A DNA stretch of 47,657 bases from Planctomycetaceae bacterium (GTDB lineage: Bacteria > Planctomycetota > Planctomycetia > Pirellulales > UBA1268), in NCBI GenBank assembly GCA_046086245.1, contig JBJSXB010000129.1:1-47657 (forward strand). The letters run 5' to 3'. Below the pieces are notes generated by a model, which worked only from the letters and a program-made list of their open reading frames with translations, did no database searches and had not been told where the DNA came from. Position 1 is the first letter of the stretch. Each line of letters starts with the position of its first letter. A program made the translations under genes and the position numbers. Below, one piece after another: positions 38,078 to 47,221 of this stretch.

Positions 38078-39943
38078 ATGCGAGCGGACAAGAGGCGGCG
38101 GCTGGAGAAGCGGCGTCAGCCCGGGATCGAGACCCTCGAACGGCGCGCCGTCCTCGACGCCTCCGCCTTCTGGTCCGACGGCATGTGGTCGTCCGGCCCG
38201 TACGGCGATGAAGCGACGACCGATCAAGCCTGGGTCACATCCGACGTCGTCAGTGCCGAGAGCGCGGCGGTCAGTACCGCCGACTTCACGCTCGCCGTGC
38301 CGCCGGCGGCGCCTCCAAATCTGCGGTTGACCGTGCCTCCGTCGGTGATCAAAGGCAACGTCGCCGCCTTCGAACTCACCTTGCCCGCGCCGGCCGGCCC
38401 CGGCGGGGCGAGCGTCTCGTTCCGGACGGTCGACATCGGGGCGAAGGCGGGGATCGATTACACCGCCCAGAGCGGCCGCATCACGTTCGCGCCCGGCGAA
38501 ACCGGCAAACTCGTGGCGGTGCAGACCCGTCCTGGATCCACGCCCGGCACCAAGCCGCTGACGTTCGCCCTCGTACTCTCCCAACCGGTCGGCGTGAAAC
38601 TGGGCACCACCACGGCGGTGACCACGATCATCACCCGCGGCCAGCAGTTCAACCGCGTCTTCGGCTACGGACTCGCCAACGCGTCGTTCGCCGTCGCGCA
38701 GGCTTCCGGCCGCGCCGCCCCATTCGCGCCGGTGGCCGATCTGGGCGGCAACTTCTGGGGTGACGACCTGGTGCGGGCACCCGAGGTGTGGGCGCAGGGC
38801 TACACCGGGCGCGGCGTCACCGTGGCCGTCGTCGACAGCGGTGTCGACTACACCCATCCCGATCTGGCGGCCAACATCTGGGTGAACCGGGGGGAGGTGC
38901 CGAACGACGGTATCGACAATGACAACAACGGGTTCATCGACGACGTCCGCGGCTGGTTCTTCGACGGCACGCCGTCCGGCAGCAAGGATCCGATGGACGA
39001 CAACGGCCATGGCACCCACGTCGCGGGTACGATCGCCGCGTTGAACAACGACATCGGCATCACCGGTGTCGCCCCCGACGCCAAGATCATGCCGATCAAG
39101 ATCGGAGGCGCGACGGCCGACGCGATCCACACGTCGATGGCCAATGCAGTCCTCTACGCCGCCAACAACGGTGCCCGCGTCATCAACATGAGTGTGCGGA
39201 CCCTGCCGGTGCCGGGATCCGGTCAAACCTCCCGGCCGGTGCCCGCCCTCGAGCAGGCGATCGCCTACGCGACGAGCCGCGGCGCGACGGTGGTGATGGC
39301 GGCCGGGAATTTCCTCGATCCGCTGCCGACCTACCCCGCACGGTACGCGCTGACGTACGGCCTGTCGGTCGGTGCCGTCGACAACCTCGGGCGGATCGCA
39401 TCGTTCTCCAATCTCGCCGGTCCGACGTCGCAGCAATTCCAAGTGATGGCGCCCGGCGTCGAGGTCTACTCGACGCTGCCGGGAGCGAGCTTCGGGAGGT
39501 TGAGTGGTACCTCGATGGCCTCGCCGCACGTGGCGGGCATCGCCGCCCTGATGGTCGGTGCCAACCCGCGGATCACACCCTCGCAGGTGCGATCGATCGT
39601 GACCGGCACCGCGCAGCGTCTCACCGGGCAGATCATCACCGCCCGGCCGAGTCAGGCGGCCGCACCGCCGTTCCTCAGCACGGTGGTGACGGGCCTCGAC
39701 AAGCCGCTGTGGGTCGTCCCGGGCTCCCCGATCCCCACGGCGGAGACGAGCCGGTCGCTGGCGAGGAGCGCGACAGCCTCCGCCGCGGTGCCGAGTACCG
39801 CCTTCGCCTCGATGGCGGGTGACGATCTGTCGTCGGCGCGTCGCGCGCGGGCCACCGTCACCACGGCCGTTGCTCCGGCGGCTTCCGTCGATGCAGGCGG
39901 TGTGACCGACGTGCGGGTGCCGCGCAAGGGCCTCGTCGGGTAA
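38078..39943 (+). CDS. Subtilisin-family (S8) protease with planctomycete LExR leader and Calx-beta domain
   Basis: Triad VDSG / HGTHVAG / GTSMASP and oxyanion AAGN; Calx-beta 'TVDIGAKAGIDY...GRITFAPGET'; N-terminal RRRL...IETLERRAVL; GGAGG RBS. Confidence 0.93.
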   Translation: MRADKRRRLEKRRQPGIETLERRAVLDASAFWSDGMWSSGPYGDEATTDQAWVTSDVVSAESAAVSTADFTLAVPPAAPPNLRLTVPPSVIKGNVAAFELTLPAPAGPGGASVSFRTVDIGAKAGIDYTAQSGRITFAPGETGKLVAVQTRPGSTPGTKPLTFALVLSQPVGVKLGTTTAVTTIITRGQQFNRVFGYGLANASFAVAQASGRAAPFAPVADLGGNFWGDDLVRAPEVWAQGYTGRGVTVAVVDSGVDYTHPDLAANIWVNRGEVPNDGIDNDNNGFIDDVRGWFFDGTPSGSKDPMDDNGHGTHVAGTIAALNNDIGITGVAPDAKIMPIKIGGATADAIHTSMANAVLYAANNGARVINMSVRTLPVPGSGQTSRPVPALEQAIAYATSRGATVVMAAGNFLDPLPTYPARYALTYGLSVGAVDNLGRIASFSNLAGPTSQQFQVMAPGVEVYSTLPGASFGRLSGTSMASPHVAGIAALMVGANPRITPSQVRSIVTGTAQRLTGQIITARPSQAAAPPFLSTVVTGLDKPLWVVPGSPIPTAETSRSLARSATASAAVPSTAFASMAGDDLSSARRARATVTTAVAPAASVDAGGVTDVRVPRKGLVG

Positions 39944-40030
39944 CCGCGACCGCGGGATACCGTGTCGTGATGCCGGGGGTGGCACACCGCCCGACCCCGA
40001 CGGACCGAGCTCCCGACTTCCCAACGGCCT

Positions 40031-42076
40031 TCAGCGGCGCGGCGTCGACCGACCGTCCATCCCGGCCGATGGCTCGGGGGCATCGAGCCGGAAGCGGCTC
40101 ACCGCACCGGTGAGCCCCTCGACCGCGGTCACCATCTGCCGGGCCGCTTCCTGGAACTGCTGCAGCGTGGCACCCGCGGATCGGGTTCCCTCCGAAAGCG
40201 TGAGCAATGCCTCGTTGATCTGCCGGGCGCCGGTGGCCTGGGCGTGCATGCCCTGGTTGACGTGCTCGAAGCGGGTGCTCAGGCCGTGCACCTTGTCGAT
40301 CACTTCGACGAATTGCCCGCTGATGCCCGACACGCGGTCCACCCCCGTCTTCACATCGGTGGCGAACCGATCCATCTCGCCGACGCCGGCGCTGACCGCC
40401 TCGTGCATCTGGGCCACGAGCCGCTCGATGTCGAGGGTGGCGACGGCGGTTTGATCGGCGAGACGGCGGATCTCCCGGGCCACGACGATGAAGCCCTGGC
40501 CATACTCCCCCGCCTTCTCCGCCTCGATAGCGGCGTTGATCGAGAGCAGGTTGGTCTGGTCGGCGACCTTGGTGATCGTGGTGATCACCATGTTGATGTC
40601 CTCGGCCCGCTGGCGGATGACGGCCAGCCGTTCGGTGAAATCGGCCGTCGACTGCTCGAGACGCGCCATCGTCTCACCGATGCCCGCGAGATCGGCGCGC
40701 CCGGCACTGGCGACTTGGGCGGTCTCGGCGGCGACCGTCGCCACTTCGTTCATCGTGCCGAGCAGTTCGGTGCCGGTGACGGCGATCTGGCGGCTGGCGA
40801 CGGCCGCCTGGTTGGTGCTCGAGCCGAGCGAATCGATCGCCTGCTCTTGCCGCTCTCCGGCCGCCGACAGGCTCCGGGCGGTGGCGTCGAGCTCGGAACC
40901 GGCCCGCTTCACGTCGCCGACGAGCGCCCGCAGGCTACCCGTCATGCGGCTGACGTCGCGAAGCAGTTGTCCCGACTCGTCCCCGCCGCGGGCGTCGAGG
41001 CGGCCAGTCAGGTCGCCGGCCGCCACACGCCGCGCGATCGCCGTCGCGCGATCGATCCTGCGCGTGAATCGCGTGGCGAGCCAGCCCAACAGCGCCAAAA
41101 GCGACCCGAGCAAGAGCGCCGAAACCGCCGCCAGCCGCACCAGCCCGCCGTCGTCGGCCGACCAGAGTGACCCCTCCGACATCGTCGTGACGACCGTCCA
41201 TCCGCTCGTCGGCACCGCAGCCGCCGCCGCGAGGCAGGCGCCGCCGCGCAGCGGCTCGGCGGCGCGGACCGCGGATCCGCCCTCGCCGGCCACGGTGGCG
41301 GCTTCGACGAGCGCCCGGAGCGGCGCGGCGGCCGCCTCGGACCCGTCGATGGCATCGTCCGGCGCGGTACCGGCGAGAAGGCGACCGTCGGCGGCGATCA
41401 CGTAGGCGTCGCCCACCGCGCCACGGCCGAGCCGGCGTTCGCGAAGCCGCTGCAGTTGGTGCCCGAGGTCGGCGACCGACCGCTCCACCACGATCGCGCC
41501 GCGGTATCGTCCGTCACGTTCGACGGGATGCTCGTACCCGACGACGGGGATCCCGTCGACGGCGTACGGCGCGCCCGCCCAGATCGCGTCGCGCCGCGGC
41601 GTGGCAGGTGGCCGCCCGCCGGATGATCCGGCCGGCAGGCTGGCGGCATCCGTCTCGGTCCGATTGACACGGGTCGGATCGACCGCAGACCGCGCGAAGC
41701 GCACGCCCACGGCCCTGGGCCGTTGACCGTCGTCGCCGGCCGTATCGGTCCACTCCACGAGGGTGACGGCGTGCAGCGATGGACTCGCCCCGACGAGCTC
41801 CTCGGCGACCCGCTCGATCGCCGCGGCCTCGCCCGCAGGCTGACGGCCGACCGCCGTCGCGAGCGTACGGGCGACGGTCGTCAACTCGAACGCGCCGCGA
41901 TCGAGCTCGGCGGCGATCGCGGTCGCCTGCGCGGCGAGCGTCCGACCGGCCGCGTCGCGCAGCAGGGCGTGCACCTGACGCGTCGTCAACCACGCGACGC
42001 ACCCCAGCACGATCGCCGCGGGGATGAGTCCGAGGAGGACGAGGCGCTGGCGGATTCCGAGCGATGGCACGTGCAT
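40031..42076 (-). CDS. Methyl-accepting chemotaxis protein, WspA-like (Cache-like sensor, HAMP, MA)
   Basis: Two TM segments, HAMP (AGDL...DESGQL) and hairpin tip KVADQTNLLSINAAIEAEKAGEYGQGF-x-VVA-x-EIRRLADQTAVAT. The start is uncertain (42076 or 42136). Confidence 0.93.
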   Translation of the reverse strand: MHVPSLGIRQRLVLLGLIPAAIVLGCVAWLTTRQVHALLRDAAGRTLAAQATAIAAELDRGAFELTTVARTLATAVGRQPAGEAAAIERVAEELVGASPSLHAVTLVEWTDTAGDDGQRPRAVGVRFARSAVDPTRVNRTETDAASLPAGSSGGRPPATPRRDAIWAGAPYAVDGIPVVGYEHPVERDGRYRGAIVVERSVADLGHQLQRLRERRLGRGAVGDAYVIAADGRLLAGTAPDDAIDGSEAAAAPLRALVEAATVAGEGGSAVRAAEPLRGGACLAAAAAVPTSGWTVVTTMSEGSLWSADDGGLVRLAAVSALLLGSLLALLGWLATRFTRRIDRATAIARRVAAGDLTGRLDARGGDESGQLLRDVSRMTGSLRALVGDVKRAGSELDATARSLSAAGERQEQAIDSLGSSTNQAAVASRQIAVTGTELLGTMNEVATVAAETAQVASAGRADLAGIGETMARLEQSTADFTERLAVIRQRAEDINMVITTITKVADQTNLLSINAAIEAEKAGEYGQGFIVVAREIRRLADQTAVATLDIERLVAQMHEAVSAGVGEMDRFATDVKTGVDRVSGISGQFVEVIDKVHGLSTRFEHVNQGMHAQATGARQINEALLTLSEGTRSAGATLQQFQEAARQMVTAVEGLTGAVSRFRLDAPEPSAGMDGRSTPRR

Positions 42077-42264
42077 GGCGGCGTCGGGGGATGTCGGACG
42101 ATCCCTAGAGACTAGCTTCGATGGCCGAAAGTCCATCACCTGGTTTCCCCCGGGCCCGACCGCTGGCCGATTCCCGCGTGGACAGGGCCGCCCCACGGCG
42201 AGACGATGTCCGGCGGGCGGCGCGGCGGGCGCCGCTCCCCGCCAGCGGCCCCGAGGACCGACCG

Positions 42265-42861
42265 ATGTGGCACCGCCCCCGGCACGACGCTCTGCTGTTC
42301 GACTGCGATGGCACGCTCGCCGATACGATGCCCGCCCACTACCAGGCTTGGCTGACCGTCACCGCCGCACACGGCATCGACTTCCCCGAGGATCGGTTCT
42401 ACGCGCTGGGCGGACGACCGACCCGTGACATCGTCGCATCGCTGGCGCGAGACGCCGGCGTCGACCTCGATATCGAAGCCGCTGCCGCCCACAAGGAGCG
42501 GGCGTTCCTCGCCGGACTCGACGCCGTGGAGGCGATCGATGCGGTGGTGGAGGTGGTGCGGCGCAGCCGCGGCCGTGTGGCGATGGCGGTCGTCACCGGC
42601 GGACACCGGGCGGTCTGCCAGCGGATCCTGACCCGCGTCGGTCTCGCCGAGGCGTTCGACACGCTCATCGCCAGCGAAGACACGCGGCGACACAAACCCG
42701 ACCCCGACCCGTTTCTCGAGGCGGCCAGGCGGCTCGGCGTCGAGCCACGCCGCTGCGTCGTCTGGGAAGACAGCGATCTCGGCATCGCCGCCGCACGCGC
42801 GGCCGGCATGGAGTGGGTCGACGTGCGCTCGATCCATCGGCCACGGCGGGTGACGGCATGA
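42265..42861 (+). CDS. HAD-superfamily phosphatase (beta-PGM/YqaB-like)
   Basis: FDCDGTL, VVTG, KPDPD and EDS-x-x-G motifs. Confidence 0.92.
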   Translation: MWHRPRHDALLFDCDGTLADTMPAHYQAWLTVTAAHGIDFPEDRFYALGGRPTRDIVASLARDAGVDLDIEAAAAHKERAFLAGLDAVEAIDAVVEVVRRSRGRVAMAVVTGGHRAVCQRILTRVGLAEAFDTLIASEDTRRHKPDPDPFLEAARRLGVEPRRCVVWEDSDLGIAAARAAGMEWVDVRSIHRPRRVTA

Positions 42862-44081
42862 ATCCCTCCGCCCCGCTCACGCTCGACGACATCCGGGCCG
42901 CCCGGGAACGGATCCGGGCGGCGATCTACCACTCGCCGTGTCCACCCAGCGTGCCTCTTTCCGAACTCACCGGCGCGCGGGTGTGGTGCAAACTCGATCT
43001 CCTCCAGCGCACCGGATCGTTCAAGGAGCGCGGGGCACGCAACGCGCTGTCGCTGCTCGATCCAGCGGCACGGAGGCGGGGCGTGGTGGCGGCGTCCGCC
43101 GGAAACCACGCCCTCGGACTCGCATGGCATGGGCGCCTGCTCGGCATCCCGGTGACGGTGGTGATGCCGCGGTTCGCACCGCTGGTGAAGGTGGCCACCT
43201 GCCGCCGGCTCGGCGCGACCGTGGTCCTCCACGGCGACTCGTTCGACGAGGCCCGGGCGGAGGCGGTGCGGATCGCCGCAGCCGACGGCTTGGAGCGGAT
43301 CCACGGCTTCGACGACCTGCGCGTGATCGCCGGCCAGGGGACGATGGCGCTGGAGGTGCTCGACGACGTGCCCGATGTGGAGGCGATCGTGGTGCCGGTG
43401 GGCGGCGCCGGACTGCTGGCCGGCGTCGCCACCGCCGCCAAGGCGCTCCGTCCGACGATCCGCATCGTCGCCGTCGAGCCGGCCGCCGCACCGAGCCTCG
43501 GGGCGTCGCTCGCCGCGGGAAAGCCGGTGGCGGTGCCGGCGCGGCCGACGCTCGCCGACGGGCTCGCCGTCGGCAAGGTGGGAGAGGTCGCGTTTCCGAT
43601 CGCCGCCCCGCTGATCGACCAGGTGGTCACGGTGGATGAAGACGCGATCGCCCTCGCGGTGCTCCGCCTGGCGGAATTGGAGAAAACCGTCGTCGAGGGG
43701 GCGGGGGCGGCACCACTGGCGGCGCTGCTCGGCGACCGTTGCCCGGAGCTGCGTGGCCGGCGTGTCGTCCTGCTGATCTGCGGCGGCAACATCGACCTCT
43801 CGATCCTCGGCCGCGTCATCGACCATGGCCTCGCCGCCGACGGGCGCCTGTGGCGGTTCACGACCAGGGTCTCCGACCGCCCGGGCGGAATCGCGCGGTT
43901 GGCGGCGGTGATCGCCGCGGCGGGCGCCAGCGTCCAGGAGATCACCCACGATCGTGCGTTCGGCGGCCCTGACGTCTTCTCGGTGCGGGTCGCGGTGACC
44001 GTCGAGACGGCCGACCGATCGCACATGGAGAGCCTTACCGCCGCGCTCGTCGCTGCCGGTTTTCCCGTCGATGACGGCTGA
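42858..44081 (+). CDS. ilvA: Threonine ammonia-lyase with a single ACT domain
   Basis: GSFKERGA (PLP Lys), SAGNHA, PVGGAGL, EGAGA, GGNID and DRPG (ACT) motifs. Confidence 0.92.
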   Translation: MNPSAPLTLDDIRAARERIRAAIYHSPCPPSVPLSELTGARVWCKLDLLQRTGSFKERGARNALSLLDPAARRRGVVAASAGNHALGLAWHGRLLGIPVTVVMPRFAPLVKVATCRRLGATVVLHGDSFDEARAEAVRIAAADGLERIHGFDDLRVIAGQGTMALEVLDDVPDVEAIVVPVGGAGLLAGVATAAKALRPTIRIVAVEPAAAPSLGASLAAGKPVAVPARPTLADGLAVGKVGEVAFPIAAPLIDQVVTVDEDAIALAVLRLAELEKTVVEGAGAAPLAALLGDRCPELRGRRVVLLICGGNIDLSILGRVIDHGLAADGRLWRFTTRVSDRPGGIARLAAVIAAAGASVQEITHDRAFGGPDVFSVRVAVTVETADRSHMESLTAALVAAGFPVDDG

Positions 44082-44246
44082 TCGCGACGGGACACCCGGA
44101 CGGGGCTGCAGCGTGGTCACGCCCGGCATCCGGTCGTGACGATCGTATGGCTCGCAGCAACACGGTGCCGTTTGCCCATGCTCCAGCCAGCCGCGTGCCG
44201 ATCCCTCTCCAACTGGCGGCGATCCCGCCGCGTGGAGAAGGTGGCG

Positions 44247-44387
44247 ATGGTCACGCACTCGAACGACGCCTCCCGTCCGTCGGCGAGCGAACTGCAGCGT
44301 GAGCGGCGGCGCTTGCGGCGCGAGTTGCTCCGTCGGATCCTCGACCGGGAGACGCGCCGGCGGCGGTCGCGCGCGGCCGCCCGCTAG
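44247..44387 (+). CDS. Possible 46-aa Arg-rich small protein
   Basis: GGAGAAGG RBS before ATG 44247; amphipathic basic helix LQRERRRLRRELLRRILDRE; fills the intergenic gap. Confidence 0.4.
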   Translation: MVTHSNDASRPSASELQRERRRLRRELLRRILDRETRRRRSRAAAR

Positions 44388-44412
44388 ACCGGCCCCCTGA
44401 GGAGCCAGCGCC

Positions 44413-45516
44413 GTGCTCCTCCCATCGCCGTCGATGCTCCCGCGACCGCGCCTCCTCTCGTCGCTGGTGGCCGGGCTCGCGCTGGCGGTCACCGCCGTGC
44501 CATGCGCGGCGCAGTTCTGGTGGCCGCAACCGCGGCCCCCCGCGCCCGCCCCCTGGCAACCCGAGCTGTTCTCCGATTACCTCGCCTCGGGACAGCCTCC
44601 CCATCCCGCGGTGCCACGGATCATCGCCGCCGAACGGGCCGCCACCTCGCTCGGGTCCGGCGTGCTCGTCGACGTCAACGGCCGTCAAGGCCTGGTCGTG
44701 ACCAACTGGCACGTCGTCCGCGATACCTCTTCGGCCGTTCTCGTGCAGTTTCCGGACGGCTTCCAAACCGCCGGCACGGTGCTCCTCCACGACGAGACCT
44801 GGGATCTGGCGGTGATCGTCATCTGGCGTCCTCCGGTCGCGCCGATTCCCCTCGCCGACGGCTTGCCGGCGATCGGCGCGCCGCTCTCGATCGCCGGCTG
44901 GGGACGGGGCACCTTCCGCGCCCAGACCGGTCCGTGCACGCAGTATCTCTCCCCGGGATCCGGTCATCCGCAGGAACTCGTCGAGATGCTCGCCAGCGCC
45001 CGGCAGGGGGACTCCGGCGGTCCGATGCTCGACGCTGGCGGACGACTGGTCGGCATCCTCTTCGGCCAGAACGAGGGGCGCACGATCGGCAGCGGCGTGG
45101 CGCGCGTACGCATGATTCTCGCACGTGTCGGGTCGAGCGGCGCGATGCCCGATCCGCCCCCCATCCCGTCCGCCGCGCCGATGGCGATGGCATCGCTCTC
45201 GATCGGCGGCGAACGAGAGACGGCAGCGACCGCCGCGTCCTTCCCGGCCGCTCCCGACGGCACGGTCGCGGCAGCGCCCAGCGACGCCGTGGGGGTCACG
45301 CCCGGCCCGGTGCCCCCGCTGGCACCGCCCGTCGGCCAGCCCACGGTGCCGACCGGCTCGCCCTTCTCGCCGACGCCACCGCTGCCGTCGGTGACGGCGT
45401 TGGTCGATCGTCTCGGCACGGCTGCGGGACGCGACTCCGCGCTGCGTGGCGCCGGCGGGCTGGCGCTGGCGATTCTCGGCCTGTGGGCGCTGTTCGGCGG
45501 CCGTCGGGCGAGCTGA
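44413..45516 (+). CDS. Exported trypsin-like serine protease with a C-terminal membrane anchor
   Basis: Signal peptide, GSGV, TNWHVV, DLA and GDSGGP motifs, Pro/Ala linker, terminal TM plus RR; GAGGAG RBS. Confidence 0.9.
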   Translation: MLLPSPSMLPRPRLLSSLVAGLALAVTAVPCAAQFWWPQPRPPAPAPWQPELFSDYLASGQPPHPAVPRIIAAERAATSLGSGVLVDVNGRQGLVVTNWHVVRDTSSAVLVQFPDGFQTAGTVLLHDETWDLAVIVIWRPPVAPIPLADGLPAIGAPLSIAGWGRGTFRAQTGPCTQYLSPGSGHPQELVEMLASARQGDSGGPMLDAGGRLVGILFGQNEGRTIGSGVARVRMILARVGSSGAMPDPPPIPSAAPMAMASLSIGGERETAATAASFPAAPDGTVAAAPSDAVGVTPGPVPPLAPPVGQPTVPTGSPFSPTPPLPSVTALVDRLGTAAGRDSALRGAGGLALAILGLWALFGGRRAS

Positions 45517-45591
45517 CGGAGCGATCCGGCCGCCGGCGCGTTGCCGGAGCGGTTCCGTCGCCCGATACTGGCGGCTCCGCACAGCGATGGC

Positions 45592-46773
45592 ATGGAATCA
45601 CGGTCACCGACGCATCCGTCACCCGACGATCTCTCCGGCCGACGGCTGGGAGGGTATCGGCTGTTGCGCCTCCTCGGTCGCGGGGCGATGGCCGACGTCT
45701 ACCTCGCGGAGCAACAGTCGCTCGATCGCCGTGTGGCGGTGAAAGTGCTCCGGGCGCGGACCGTCTCCCAACCGGGCGCCGTGCAACGCTTCGCGCAGGA
45801 AGCGAGGGCGGCGGCGGCGCTGGTGCACGGCAACATCGTGCAGATCCACGAGGTGGCGTGCATCGATGGCATCCATCTCCTCGCCGAGGAATACGTCGCC
45901 GGCCCCACGCTCCGGGCGTGGCTCGATCGGCGTGGGCCGCTCGACGCCCACCAAGCCCTCTCCGTACTCGGCCAGGTGGGATCGGCGCTCGAACGGGCGG
46001 CCAGCCAGGGAGTGGTGCACCGCGACATCAAGCCGGAGAACCTTCTCGTCGCCCCGACGGGGGAGGTGAAGGTCGCCGACTTCGGCCTCGCCCGAGTGCT
46101 CGCCGACGGTGCGGGCACGGAGCTGACGCAGGATGGCACGACGCTCGGCACGCCGCTCTACATGAGCCCCGAGCAGGCGGAGGGGAAGACGGTCGACACC
46201 CGCAGCGACCTCTACTCGCTCGGGGCGACGATCTACCATCTGCTCGCCGGCCGGCCGCCGTTCACCGGTGCCACGCCGGTGTCGGTGGCGATGGCCCACG
46301 TCACACAGCGCTGTCCCCCTCTGGCCGAGCGGAGGCCCGATCTGCCCGCCGACCTCACGGCGGTGGTGGAGAAACTCCTCGAAAAGGATCCGCGACGCCG
46401 CTACGACGTCCCCGCCGACATGCTGCGCGACGTCGAAGCGGCGGAACGCCGGCTGGCACCCACCGCCCTCCGGCACGACCCCTCGCCACTGGCATGGTCG
46501 GTCGATGGAGCCCCCTGGGACGATCACGAGGCGACACCCGTCGCCCCCGCCAGCCGGGGACCGGGTCGCAGCTGGCTCCAGACCCGGACCGTCGAGATGC
46601 GCGATGCGACGCAGCACCTCCAGGATGCGATGGAGCGCGATCTCCTCCGTCGGGAGAGCGACCGGCGCTACTGGATGGCCATCGTCGCGGCGGCATTCGC
46701 CTGCGGAGCAGCCGGGTTCGTGGCGGGGCGCAACCGCGCCCGGCAGACACGGCTGTTCCGGACGGTACGTTAG
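45592..46773 (+). CDS. Hanks-type Ser/Thr protein kinase with a C-terminal TM
   Basis: GRGAMA, VAVK, HRDIKPEN, DFG, GTPLYMSPEQ and SDLYSLG motifs. Confidence 0.95.
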   Translation: MESRSPTHPSPDDLSGRRLGGYRLLRLLGRGAMADVYLAEQQSLDRRVAVKVLRARTVSQPGAVQRFAQEARAAAALVHGNIVQIHEVACIDGIHLLAEEYVAGPTLRAWLDRRGPLDAHQALSVLGQVGSALERAASQGVVHRDIKPENLLVAPTGEVKVADFGLARVLADGAGTELTQDGTTLGTPLYMSPEQAEGKTVDTRSDLYSLGATIYHLLAGRPPFTGATPVSVAMAHVTQRCPPLAERRPDLPADLTAVVEKLLEKDPRRRYDVPADMLRDVEAAERRLAPTALRHDPSPLAWSVDGAPWDDHEATPVAPASRGPGRSWLQTRTVEMRDATQHLQDAMERDLLRRESDRRYWMAIVAAAFACGAAGFVAGRNRARQTRLFRTVR

Positions 46774-47055
46774 GCGGTCTCGGCGGCGGCGATTCCCTCG
46801 CCCGAGGCCACCGGCCGACACCGGTGTATCTCGAATCCGCTGCGGGCACACGGCCGCGATGTGCAGCCGCGTGGAGGGCCGTAGCCGGCGACGACCGATC
46901 GACGGAGAGTAGCGGACGGGTCGGTGCGACTGTCACGACCGGGCGCGGGAGTCGCGGAGTGACGGGACGCTTCGCGCGATGCCGACAGACATCGTGTTGG
47001 GCGGTGGTCGCGATCGCGGCGATCTCCGTCCGAGGGTCCGCCCGACCGTCAAATC

Positions 47056-47083
47056 TTGACACCCGGGCGGGCGCTGATAGATA
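47056..47083 (+). promoter_or_regulatory. Likely sigma70 promoter of tRNA-Glu
   Basis: Perfect TTGACA at 47056-47061, then an imperfect -10 (TG-A-TAGATA) shortly before the tRNA. Confidence 0.55.
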
Positions 47084-47095
47084 GATGAGAGCTAG

Positions 47096-47168
47096 GCCCC
47101 CATCGTCTAGTGGCCCAGGACGTCGGGTTCTCAGTCCGAAAACCGGGGTTCGACTCCCCGTGGGGGTA
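47096..47168 (+). tRNA. tRNA-Glu (anticodon CTC); CCA not encoded
   Basis: Acceptor stem GCCCCCA/TGGGGGT, D-arm with TAGTGG, anticodon arm TCGGG-TTCTCAG-TCCGA, T-arm CGGGG-TTCGACT-CCCCG. Confidence 0.96.
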
Positions 47169-47170
47169 CT

Positions 47171-47221
47171 GAAACGGCCGCGCCATTCACAAAAGTGAGT
47201 GGCGCGGCCGTTTCTTTTTTT
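47171..47221 (+). terminator. Intrinsic terminator downstream of tRNA-Glu
   Basis: 20-bp stem GAAACGGCCGCGCCATTCAC / GTGAGTGGCGCGGCCGTTTC (one G-U pair), AAAA loop, followed by a T7 run. Confidence 0.92.

Noticed and set aside
44502-47084. 860-aa plus-strand ORF
   Set aside because: It is an alternate-frame overlay of the protease and kinase genes with a low-complexity Arg/Pro/Gly translation.
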